Part shown: piece after piece, positions 43,788-52,365 of the stretch
How the letters are laid out: each line of letters begins with the position of its first letter
Numbering within the stretch: the stretch's first letter is position 1
NCBI GenBank assembly: GCA_963727205.1
Contig: CAVSFQ010000031.1
Location: 12,080-76,079 of the forward strand
Direction: 5' to 3'
Source of the DNA: an uncultured Acidobacteriota bacterium
GTDB taxonomy: Bacteria > Acidobacteriota > Thermoanaerobaculia > Thermoanaerobaculales > Thermoanaerobaculaceae
DNA: 64,000 nt
Made by a program: the position numbers and the translations under genes
The notes under the pieces: model-generated
What the model saw: the letters and a program-made list of their open reading frames with translations, nothing else
What the model was told of the DNA's origin: nothing
Database searches by the model: none

Positions 43788-44818
43788 CCCGCGCCGAGAT
43801 CCTCCGGTGGCTCCGCGAAGACGACCCGGCCGCCCTGGAGGTGCTCTGGGAGCGGGCCGACGCCGTCCGCCGCGAGCGCGTTGGCGATGCGGTACACCTG
43901 CGCGGCCTCGTCGAGATCTCGAACCACTGCGCCCGGCACTGCGCCTACTGCGGGATCTCGGTGGCCAATCGCGACCTGGTCCGCTACCGGATGACCGCCG
44001 GCGAGATCATCGCCTGCGCAGGGCAAGCCGCGGCGCTTGGGTACGGCACCGTCGTGCTGCAGGCCGGCGAAGACTACGGCATCGGGCGCGACTGGCTCGC
44101 GGACGTCGTTCGGCGGATCAAGGGCGAGCGCCGCCTTGCCGTCACGCTCTCCCTCGGCGAGCGTCCGCAGGACGACCTGGCGGCCTGGCGCGCGGCGGGG
44201 GCCGATCGCTACCTCCTGCGCTTCGAGACCTCGGACCCGGCGCTGTACGACCGCATCCACCCGCCGCTCGCCGGGCGTCCGTCGGATCGCTTCGCCATCC
44301 TCGAGCGTCTCGCCGACCTCGGCTACGAGGTCGGCAGCGGCGTCATGATCGGCATCCCGGGGCAAACGTTCGCGAGCCTCGCGGCCGACCTCCTCCTGTT
44401 CGCCGCGCTGGACCTCGACATGATCGGCGTCGGCCCGTTCATCCCCCACCCCGCCACCCCTCTCGGGCGCGGCGAACTCCCGCATGCGCCGGCGGGCGAG
44501 CAGGTGCCCAACACCGAGCTGATGACCTGCAAGGTCGTCGCTCTCGCCCGCCTCGTCTGCCCCGACGCCAACATCCCCTCCACCACGGCCCTCGCGACCG
44601 TCAATCCCGCAGGCGGCCGCGAGATCGGTCTCGCCCGCGGCGCCAACGTCGTCATGCCCAACTTGACGCCGATGAGGTACCGCACCCTGTACGAGCTCTA
44701 CCCCGGCAAGGCGTGCCTGCGCGAGACTGCGGCCGAGGGCGGTCCCGGCGTCAGCCGCGCCATCGAGGGGATGGGCCGGACGGTCGGCGCCGGCCCCGGG
44801 CCCCGCCGCCGGACCTGA
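43784..44818 (+). CDS. hydE: [FeFe] hydrogenase maturase HydE (radical SAM)
   Basis: Radical-SAM CARHCAYC; biotin-synthase-like TIM barrel. Its start overlaps the hydF stop (ATGA). Confidence 0.9.
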   Translation: MTRAEILRWLREDDPAALEVLWERADAVRRERVGDAVHLRGLVEISNHCARHCAYCGISVANRDLVRYRMTAGEIIACAGQAAALGYGTVVLQAGEDYGIGRDWLADVVRRIKGERRLAVTLSLGERPQDDLAAWRAAGADRYLLRFETSDPALYDRIHPPLAGRPSDRFAILERLADLGYEVGSGVMIGIPGQTFASLAADLLLFAALDLDMIGVGPFIPHPATPLGRGELPHAPAGEQVPNTELMTCKVVALARLVCPDANIPSTTALATVNPAGGREIGLARGANVVMPNLTPMRYRTLYELYPGKACLRETAAEGGPGVSRAIEGMGRTVGAGPGPRRRT

Positions 44819-44822
44819 CGCA

Positions 44823-45322
44823 CTTCTTCTTCCACTGCGTGGAGCCTCTTGCTTGCCGGTCCCACGTGCGGCGTTGAACTTCTACTTCACTGCGTGAGGC
44901 TATTCTGTTTTGCCCCGCGGGCTGCGGCGCCATCGGCCTCCGCCCGCTGGGCGGGTCTGGCCACCTCCCCCTCACTCCGCGGAAACCCTGCTGTTGCCTG
45001 TGGGCGATGTCAGGCCTTTCGTCCTCCAGCAGGCACTCCGGCACTGGGGGCGGGGGTGTCGTGGATCCGCCGGTGCCGCGGGTGGCCATTGGCTCCTGCG
45101 CCCGCGGGCCCCGGACGGGCGAGCCGCGCCGGGGTGTCGATGGCTCCGACCGAGCGCCTCATGCGAGGGAGGAGAACAGCGAGGGGCCCCGGCGCGGATC
45201 GCCCTGTCCGGTCGCGGGCGCAGGAGCATGCGGGTTCGGGCGCGGGGGCGCCCGGGCCCGCATCCGGCCACCCGCGGGACCGGCAAGAAAGAGGCCTCAC
45301 GCAGTGAAGCAGTGAAGGGAAG
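44823..45322. repeat. 500-bp non-coding element bounded by terminal inverted repeats of about 45 nt (MITE-like) in the hydE-hydC spacer
   Basis: Left motif CTTCTTCTTCCACTGCGTGGAGCCTCTTGCTTGCCGGTCCC (44823-44866), a second direct, degenerate copy at 44879-44923, and an inverted copy GGGACCGGCAAGAAAGAGGCCTCACGCAGTGAAGCAGTGAAGGG at 45271-45322. Confidence 0.6.
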
Positions 45323-45475
45323 GTTCAGGACACCCCCGGCGTAAGCGTTTCGCCTGTTGACTTCTCGTGATAGTATTCACATGGCGCATGTGGTGCCCGC
45401 GGTGCGTCCACGGCCCCGAACGGCCGGACGCGGTCGCCGGCCCCACAGCGCCGCTGGCGGTGAAAGGAGCGGGTG

Positions 45476-45577
45476 ATGCCAAAGGTACCGATTGTGGACG
45501 ATTTTCAGGAGAAGCCGATCGACCCCGCGACCCCGGCGTGCGAGGTCGACGAGCTGCTCGCGACGAGGGCGAGGTGA
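45476..45577 (+). CDS. Possible 33-aa leader/micro-ORF upstream of hydC
   Basis: AAAGGAG RBS 6 nt upstream of the ATG. Read as MPKVPIVDDFQEKPIDPATPACEVDELLATRAR; its stop lies 4 nt before the hydC ATG. Confidence 0.3.
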   Translation: MPKVPIVDDFQEKPIDPATPACEVDELLATRAR

Positions 45578-45581
45578 CGCC

Positions 45582-46109
45582 ATGCTGGTAACCGATCGAC
45601 AGCGTCTCAGGGAGGACGTCGCCGCCTGGGTCGCACGCTTTGGCGCGCGGCGCTCCTCGCTCATCCCGGTCCTGCAGGAGATCCAGGCGAAGTACCACCA
45701 GATCTCCGAGTTCGCGATGCAGGTGGTCGCCGATCATCTCGACATCCACCCGGTGGAGGTCTACAGCGTCGTGACCTTCTACGCCTTCCTCAACGAGGGA
45801 TACCACGGCAAGTTCGTGATCCGCCTGTGCCGCACGGTCTCGTGCGACATGGCCGGCAAGGACCGCGTGGCCAGCCAGCTGGAGAGCGACCTCGGGATCA
45901 CGTTCGGGCAGACCACGAGGGACGGCAAGTTCTCGCTCGAATGGGCGAGCTGCACCGGCATGTGCGACCAGGGGCCGGCCCTGCTCGTCAACGATCAGGT
46001 GTTCACCTCCGTGACTCCCGAAAAGGTCCACGACATCCTGCAACTGTGCCGCAAGAGCTTCGGACCGCTGGCCGTGCATGACGGCCACCACGAGGAGGCT
46101 CGCGTATGA
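45582..46109 (+). CDS. hydC: NuoE/HydC-like [2Fe-2S] thioredoxin-fold subunit of NAD(P)-linked [FeFe] hydrogenase
   Basis: 175 aa with LIPVLQEIQ and the Cys pattern C...C...(35)...C..C (LCRTVSCDMAG ... CTGMCDQGPA) typical of the 24-kDa NuoE family. Confidence 0.85.
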   Translation: MLVTDRQRLREDVAAWVARFGARRSSLIPVLQEIQAKYHQISEFAMQVVADHLDIHPVEVYSVVTFYAFLNEGYHGKFVIRLCRTVSCDMAGKDRVASQLESDLGITFGQTTRDGKFSLEWASCTGMCDQGPALLVNDQVFTSVTPEKVHDILQLCRKSFGPLAVHDGHHEEARV

Positions 46110-47296
46110 GCGCGAATCACAAAGGCCTCGTGACCTTCAAGACGATCGACCCGGATGCCGGGCTCGCGTCTGCGCTCGCCAGGAGCCGCGCCGAGATCAT
46201 CGCCGAACTCACCGCCGCCAAGCTCAGAGGACGCGGCGGCGCCGGCTTCCCTACCGGCGTCAAGTGGAGCCTTGCGGCGGCGGCCAATGGCGACACCAAG
46301 TACGTTGTCTGCAACGCCGACGAGGGCGAGCCCGGGACGTTCAAGGACCGCGTGATCCTTTTCGAGGTGCCGGACCTGGTGTTCGCGGGCATGACGATCG
46401 GCGGCATCGCGATCGGAGCCGCCAAGGGGATCGTCTACCTGCGCGGCGAGTACGCCTACCTGCGCGAGCCGCTCGACGAGGCGCTGGCCAGGCGGCGTGC
46501 CGCCGGCCAGCTCGGCGAGCGAGTCCTGGGGACGGAGTTCGCCTTCGACATCGAGATCCGCATGGGGTCCGGCGCCTACGTGTGCGGCGAGGAGACGGCG
46601 CTCATCGAGTCGCTCGAGGGGCACCGCGGCGAGCCGCGCAACCGGCCGCCGTTCCCCGTCGACACGGGCTACCTGGGCTACCCGACGATCGTGAACAACG
46701 TCGAGACGTTCGCCTGCGTGACCGCGATCATGGCCAAGGGCGCTTCATGGTTCGCCGCGATCGGCACCGAGACGTCAACCGGCCCGAAGCTGTTCTCGGT
46801 CTCCGGCGACTGCGCCCGGCCGGGCGTGTACGAGTTCCCGATGGGCCTTCCGGTCTCCGAGCTGCTGCGCGAGGTCGGCGGCGAAGACGCGAAGGCCGTG
46901 CAGGTCGGCGGGGCCTCCGGCCGCTGCGTCCCGGCCTCGGCGTTCGCCGACACGATCTGCTACGAGGGGATCTCGACCGGCGGCTCGGTCATCGTGTTCG
47001 GCCCGCAACGCGACATGCTGCACGTCGCCAAGAATTTCATGGAGTTCTTCGTCGAAGAGTCGTGCGGCCAGTGCACCCCGTGCCGGGAGGGCAACGCCAG
47101 GCTCCTGGAGGGCGTCGAAATGCTGGAGGACGGCCGGTGCTCGGCCGCCTACCTGGCGGAGCTGACCAAGCTTGGAGAGGTCATGCAGCTGGCGTCGAAA
47201 TGCGGGCTCGGCCAGTCGAGCCCGAACGCGTTCCTATCGATCGTCGAGAACTTCCGGGGCGAGATCATGGGCCGCACGCACGGCCCGACGCGGTGA
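46106..47296 (+). CDS. hydB: NuoF/HydB-like flavoprotein subunit (FMN, NAD(P)H, one [4Fe-4S]), minimal-length form
   Basis: GRGGAGFPTGVKW (FMN), the NADH-site glycine-rich region, and ESCGQCTPCREG ... KCGLGQ (N3-type cluster). At 396 aa it has no extra N- or C-terminal Fe-S domains. Confidence 0.9.
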   Translation: MSANHKGLVTFKTIDPDAGLASALARSRAEIIAELTAAKLRGRGGAGFPTGVKWSLAAAANGDTKYVVCNADEGEPGTFKDRVILFEVPDLVFAGMTIGGIAIGAAKGIVYLRGEYAYLREPLDEALARRRAAGQLGERVLGTEFAFDIEIRMGSGAYVCGEETALIESLEGHRGEPRNRPPFPVDTGYLGYPTIVNNVETFACVTAIMAKGASWFAAIGTETSTGPKLFSVSGDCARPGVYEFPMGLPVSELLREVGGEDAKAVQVGGASGRCVPASAFADTICYEGISTGGSVIVFGPQRDMLHVAKNFMEFFVEESCGQCTPCREGNARLLEGVEMLEDGRCSAAYLAELTKLGEVMQLASKCGLGQSSPNAFLSIVENFRGEIMGRTHGPTR

Positions 47297-47300
47297 GGGA

Positions 47301-49253
47301 ATGGAGTCCAGCATGTCGGATCGAGAGAAGACCCACGTTGAGTCCCCCCGCGCGCCGGTCAGCCAGCGCGGCCACCTCGTGAAGGTGCCGGCCGACCAGC
47401 GGGCGATGGGCGCGCTGGTCGAGGTCGTGATCGACGGCCAGGAGGTGACGGTGCCGATCGGGACCACGATCCTCGAGGCCGCCAAGCAGATCGGCGTCAA
47501 GATCCCGACGCTCTGCCACCACGAGGACCTCTGCGTCGCCGGGGTGTGCCGGATCTGCGTGGTCGAGGTGGAGGGCCAGCGCACACTGCAGGCCTCTTGC
47601 GCCTACCCGATCACGGCGCCGATCGCCATCCACACCCACACGCGCAAGGTGCGGCAGTCGCGCCGGCGCATCCTCGACCTGCTGCTCTCCAAGCACTACG
47701 GCGAGTGCTACGCCTGCTTCCGCAACGGCAACTGCGAGCTGCAAGCCCTCGCCGCCGAGTGCGGCGTGGACTTCTTTCGCTTCGGCCACCCCACCGCCCC
47801 GATGCACGAACTCGACAGCTCCTCGTACTCGGTCATGCGCGACATGAACAAATGCATCCTCTGCCGCCGCTGCGTGCGCACCTGCATCGACCTGCAGGAG
47901 GTCGGCGTTCTGGAGACCGTCCACCGCGGCGACAGGACCACGGTTTCGACCTTCATGAACAAGCCGCTCGCCGAGGTCATCTGCATCAACTGCGGCCAGT
48001 GCATCAACCGCTGCCCGACCGGGGCCCTGGGGGCCGCCGACCCCACCGACGACGTCTGGCGCGACATCAGCGACCCCGGCAAACACGTGGTGATCCAGAC
48101 CGCGCCGGCGCCGCGCGCCGCCATCGGCGAGTGTTTCGGCCTGCCCCCGGGCACCCCCCTCACCTTCGAGATGAACTCGGCGCTGCGGGCGATCGGCTTC
48201 GACAGGGTGTTCGACACCAACTTCACCGCCGACCTCACGATCATCGAGGAAGGGACGGAGCTCATCCTCCGGCTCTACCAGGCGCTCGTCGAAAAGCAGC
48301 CGGTCGCGCTGCCGCAGTTCACTTCCTGCTCGCCGGGTTGGGTGAAGTACATCGAGCACTTCTACCCGGAGATGCTGCCCCACCTCTCGTCCGCCAAGAG
48401 CCCGCAGCAGATGTTCGGGGCGGTGATCAAGACCTATTACGCAAAGCTCAACAACATCGACCCGGCCGATATCGTGACCGTGGCGCTGATGCCGTGCTCG
48501 GCCAAGAAGTTCGAGTGCAACCGCCCGGAGATGGCCGCCTCCGGCCACAAGGACGTGGATTACGGCCTGGTCACCCGCGAGCTGGCGCAGATGTTCAAGG
48601 AGGCCGGCATCGAGCTGCCCAAGATGCCGAAGAGCGGCTTCGACGAGCCGTTCGGCACCGCCACCGGCTCCGGCGTGATCTTCGGCGCCACCGGCGGCGT
48701 GATGGAGGCGGCGCTGCGCACCGTCCTCGAGCTGGTGTCGGGCCTCAAGGTCGAGAACCTCTACGACCACGCCGACATCCTCCCGGTCCGCGGCTTCGAA
48801 GGCATCAAGTACGCCGAGATCAGGATCCCGCAGCTCGGGACCGTCCCCGACATCCTCAGGATGAACGCCCAGCTGCCGTTCGACAGCTGGGAGTGGCTCG
48901 CGGGCGCGACCCTCAAGGTCGCGGTCTGCCACGGCACCGCCAACGCCAAGCGGGTCCTCGAGGACATCAAGGCGGGCGGCAAGCTCTCCGAGTGCCACTT
49001 CATCGAGTTCATGGCGTGCCCGGGCGGGTGCCTGGGCGGCGGCGGCATGCCGATCCCGACCAGTCCCGAGATCCGTGCGGCCCGCGCCCGCGCCATCTAC
49101 TCCGAGGACGCCGCCTACGAGGTCCGCAAATCGCACGAGAACCCGGCCGTCATCCGGCTCTACAACGAGTTCTTGCCCGACGGCCCCAACGGCCACACCG
49201 CGCACCGGCTCCTGCACACAACCTACACCCCGCGCGGCAAGTACATCGCGTGA
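47301..49253 (+). CDS. hydA: [FeFe] hydrogenase catalytic subunit (M3-type, NuoG-like N-terminus) with variant L1 motif
   Basis: N-terminal [2Fe-2S] ferredoxin fold; HYGECYACFRNGNC (His-ligated 4Fe-4S); CILCRRCVRTC and CINCGQCINRCP. H-cluster motifs: L1 FTSCSPGW (canonical TSCCPxW), L2 MPCSAKKFE, L3 EFMACPGGCLGGGG. Confidence 0.92.
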   Translation: MESSMSDREKTHVESPRAPVSQRGHLVKVPADQRAMGALVEVVIDGQEVTVPIGTTILEAAKQIGVKIPTLCHHEDLCVAGVCRICVVEVEGQRTLQASCAYPITAPIAIHTHTRKVRQSRRRILDLLLSKHYGECYACFRNGNCELQALAAECGVDFFRFGHPTAPMHELDSSSYSVMRDMNKCILCRRCVRTCIDLQEVGVLETVHRGDRTTVSTFMNKPLAEVICINCGQCINRCPTGALGAADPTDDVWRDISDPGKHVVIQTAPAPRAAIGECFGLPPGTPLTFEMNSALRAIGFDRVFDTNFTADLTIIEEGTELILRLYQALVEKQPVALPQFTSCSPGWVKYIEHFYPEMLPHLSSAKSPQQMFGAVIKTYYAKLNNIDPADIVTVALMPCSAKKFECNRPEMAASGHKDVDYGLVTRELAQMFKEAGIELPKMPKSGFDEPFGTATGSGVIFGATGGVMEAALRTVLELVSGLKVENLYDHADILPVRGFEGIKYAEIRIPQLGTVPDILRMNAQLPFDSWEWLAGATLKVAVCHGTANAKRVLEDIKAGGKLSECHFIEFMACPGGCLGGGGMPIPTSPEIRAARARAIYSEDAAYEVRKSHENPAVIRLYNEFLPDGPNGHTAHRLLHTTYTPRGKYIA

Positions 49254-49258
49254 CCGGC

Positions 49259-49282
49259 GACGGCCGGGCCGGCCCGGCCGTC
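49259..49282 (+). terminator. GC-rich hairpin directly after hydA (terminator candidate, no U-tract)
   Basis: GACGGCCGGG-CCGG-CCCGGCCGTC is a perfect 10-bp stem beginning 6 nt after the stop codon. Confidence 0.4.
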
Positions 49283-49424
49283 TGCCACCTCCCCATCACC
49301 GAGGTTGACAGCGCCGGCTCTGGTTCCGCGGTTCCTCGCCGGAGCCTCACGACCCGGCCCGCGACGGTCACGGAAATTCGCTTCGGCGGATTGCGGGTTG
49401 TCCGCGTTAGATTAGAGTGGTGCG

Positions 49425-50336
49425 ATGGGAAATGTGAGCGCTCCGTGCCAGCCGGACGACGAGCGATCGGGAGTGAAGATCACCGTCGTGATCGCCACGA
49501 TCGGGCGGCCGGACAAGCTCGCGGCGTCTTTGGCCGCGTACGGTCGGCTTGACGCAGGCACGCCGCCTTTCGAGGTCATCGTCGTGCTGGACGGCGACGA
49601 CCCGGCCTCGAGGGAGATCGCATCCCGCCCCTACCCCTTCCCGACCCGGGTCCTGGCGCAGCGCCGCTCGGGGATCGGCCCCGCCAAGAACCTCGGCGCG
49701 AGCGCGGCCGCGGGGGACCTCGTCCTGTTCCTCAACGACGACACGCGCCCGGACCCGTCGTGCCTGCTCGCCCATGCCGACTTCCAGGAGCGTTTTGGCC
49801 CCTGTGTCGTCCTCGGCAAGGTCGACTGGGACCCGGACCACGACGTCACCCCCTACATGGCCTGGCTCGCGCCCAGGGGGCACCAGTTCAACTACGCCCG
49901 CCTGCACCCGGACGCACCGATCCCGTGGGACGCCTGCTGGGGCGCCCACCTGGTCGTCCCCAGGGCGTGGATGCTCGACGAGCCGTTCGACGCCGCGTTG
50001 CCGTTTTCGGCGCTCGAAGACGGGGAGTGGGCCTACCGCCAGGCCCGGCGCCGGCGTCCGCTCCGGTACGCTTCGGCGGCGCGCGCATGGCACGACCATT
50101 GCTTCGACGGTCCGCGCGACTTCCGCTGGCGCCCGCGCGCCGCCGCGGCTACGGCCCGGTGGGTTTCCAGCCGCCACCCGAGTCTTGCCTTCAAGCTCAT
50201 CGTCCGGCCCGTCCTCGCCGCGACCGTCACCTTGGTGCTCGCCGCATGGCCGGGACGCTGGCGGAGAACCACCCTCTGGGACCTGGACTTCCGCTGGAGC
50301 TACGTGGCCGGCCTCTTCGTTCCCCCCAAGGGCTGA
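49425..50336 (+). CDS. Family-2 glycosyltransferase
   Basis: ITVVIATIGRP ... VIVVLDGDD ... GPAKNLGA ... LFLNDDT are GT2 (GT-A, DxD) hallmarks. Confidence 0.8.
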   Translation: MGNVSAPCQPDDERSGVKITVVIATIGRPDKLAASLAAYGRLDAGTPPFEVIVVLDGDDPASREIASRPYPFPTRVLAQRRSGIGPAKNLGASAAAGDLVLFLNDDTRPDPSCLLAHADFQERFGPCVVLGKVDWDPDHDVTPYMAWLAPRGHQFNYARLHPDAPIPWDACWGAHLVVPRAWMLDEPFDAALPFSALEDGEWAYRQARRRRPLRYASAARAWHDHCFDGPRDFRWRPRAAAATARWVSSRHPSLAFKLIVRPVLAATVTLVLAAWPGRWRRTTLWDLDFRWSYVAGLFVPPKG

Positions 50337-50448
50337 GGCATCACCGCCCGGGCGCCGGGCACGGCGCCCCTCCTTCCAGCCGCCGCCAGGAGCGCCGCCT
50401 CGCGGGACGCGCTACATTGGCGCCGCGAGAAGCGGAGGTCAGCCAGAC

Positions 50449-52338
50449 ATGTGTGGGATCTGTGGCGTTGCTTTCTCCGATCCGCTGCGCGTCGGCGGCG
50501 ACGCGACGATCGAACGGATGCTGGCGCCTATCGTCCACCGGGGTCCCGACGGGCGCGGTAGCGCTCGCCTCGCCGGCGCGGCCCTCGGAATCCGGCGCCT
50601 CTCCATCATCGACCTCGAAACCGGGGACCAGCCGATCACGAACGAGGACGGCGCGATCACGCTGGTGTGCAATGGGGAGATCTACAACGCCCCGGAACTC
50701 CGCGCTCAACTGCAGCGCGCCGGACATCGCTTCCACTCGCGTTCCGACGTCGAGGTGATCGTCCACCTCTACGAGGACGCCGGCGTCGAGTGTCTGGCGA
50801 GGCTGCGCGGGATGTTCTCGTTCGCGATTTGGGACGCGCGCCGCCGGCGGCTCATGCTGGCGAGAGATCGCTTCGGGATCAAACCGCTGGTCTATGCGGT
50901 GCGCCCCGACGGCCTCTGGTTCGCCTCCGAAGCAAAAGCGATCCTTGCCGCCGGAGTCGCCGGTGGCGAGGCCGACCCCAGGGCGATCGACGATCTGTTC
51001 AGGTTCGGGTTCGTGGCCGGGCCGCACACGCTGTTCTCGAACATCAAGAAGATCCCTCCTTCCCATGTGGCGCTCTACGAGGACGGTGCGCTCTCCCTCC
51101 GCAGGTACTGGGCCATGCCGGAGGACGTGGGGCGCTCCCGCATGACGGGCGGCGAGTTGGCGGAGGCGCTGCGCGCCAAACTGGAGGAGACTGTCCGAAT
51201 CCATCTCCGCAGCGACGTACCGGTAGGTGCGTGGCTCAGTCCGGGCGTGGACTCGAGCGCAGTCACCAGCCTCTCGATGCGGCACCTCGGCCGGACCCTG
51301 CCGACCTTCACCCTCGGTTTCGATGACCCGAGCATCGACGAGACGCGGCGGTCCCCCACGCTGAACACCTATACCGGCTACGAGACGCCGAACCAGCGCG
51401 TGTGGTGCGAAACAGATTCCTTCAATCTGTTACCCAAGGCCATCTGGCACATGGAGGAGCCGACCGCGTGGGGCGTCGAAATACCGCGGATGATCCTCGC
51501 GCGGGCGGCGGCGCGCAACGTCAAGGTCGTCCTCACCGGAGAGGGGTCCGACGAGATCTTCGGGGGCTATGCCCACTTCCGCATGGAGAGGATCTCTCGC
51601 CGTGTGTCGCTGCTCCCGCTGGTCGTGCGTCGCGCGCTTCTCGCTCCTCTGGTCCCGGCCGGCCGACCGATGGTCTCGAGGCTGCTCCTCGCTCCGCGAG
51701 GCCTGACGGCCGAGCGCTACGCCCGGCTGGTAGGTCCGATGCACGCCGAGGAGCGGCACCGTCTGTTCTCCCCCGGCCTCCGGAGCCGCCTGGCCGACGC
51801 GCCGGAGATCGGGGAAAGGATGGGCCTGCCCGAGGGGGTGCGGTCGAAACAATGGTTCGATCGGCTACGTCAGTGGGATTTCGATCTCCGCTTGCCCGAC
51901 ATGGTCAACCACTCCCTGGACCGCGGCGCAATGGCCTACGGCGTGGAGGCGCGGGTGCCGTTCCTGGACCACGAACTCGTGGAGCTCGTCGCCCGGATCC
52001 CTCCCGGCCTCAAGACGCAGGGCCCGGTGGAAAAATTCATCTTACGGGAAGCCCTGCGCGGCGTGCTGCCGGAGGAGATCCGCCGCCGCCGCAAGGTGGG
52101 CATGGGAGCTCCGCATGAAGCCTGGATGTCCGCCCCGCTCCCGGTTTTTGCCGAGGATCTGCTCTCCGAGCGGCGCCTCCGTGACAAGGGGTACTTCGAG
52201 CCACGCGCCGTCCACGAGCTCCTTCGCGAGCAGCGGGAGGGACGGCGCAAGCTCGGCGCCGTCCTCATGGCGGTCCTCGGCGTGCAGCTCTGGGACGAGA
52301 CCTTCCTCCGTGGCAATGCAGCCATCGCCCGGTCGTAG
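50449..52338 (+). CDS. Asparagine synthase (glutamine-hydrolysing)-family amidotransferase, paralog 1
   Basis: Ntn nucleophile MCGI, HRGPDG, NGEIYN, and PP-loop variant LSPGVDSS. 629 aa from the ATG at 50449. Confidence 0.85.
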   Translation: MCGICGVAFSDPLRVGGDATIERMLAPIVHRGPDGRGSARLAGAALGIRRLSIIDLETGDQPITNEDGAITLVCNGEIYNAPELRAQLQRAGHRFHSRSDVEVIVHLYEDAGVECLARLRGMFSFAIWDARRRRLMLARDRFGIKPLVYAVRPDGLWFASEAKAILAAGVAGGEADPRAIDDLFRFGFVAGPHTLFSNIKKIPPSHVALYEDGALSLRRYWAMPEDVGRSRMTGGELAEALRAKLEETVRIHLRSDVPVGAWLSPGVDSSAVTSLSMRHLGRTLPTFTLGFDDPSIDETRRSPTLNTYTGYETPNQRVWCETDSFNLLPKAIWHMEEPTAWGVEIPRMILARAAARNVKVVLTGEGSDEIFGGYAHFRMERISRRVSLLPLVVRRALLAPLVPAGRPMVSRLLLAPRGLTAERYARLVGPMHAEERHRLFSPGLRSRLADAPEIGERMGLPEGVRSKQWFDRLRQWDFDLRLPDMVNHSLDRGAMAYGVEARVPFLDHELVELVARIPPGLKTQGPVEKFILREALRGVLPEEIRRRRKVGMGAPHEAWMSAPLPVFAEDLLSERRLRDKGYFEPRAVHELLREQREGRRKLGAVLMAVLGVQLWDETFLRGNAAIARS

Positions 52339-52365
52339 CTCCTGATCAAGCAAGGGTCATCTATA

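Noticed and set aside
44849-45344. Several 96-152-aa ORFs on both strands inside the hydE-hydC spacer.
   Set aside because: They are mutually overlapping in five frames, all Arg/Pro/Gly/Ala junk, with no RBS. The region is better explained as a TIR-bounded non-coding element.
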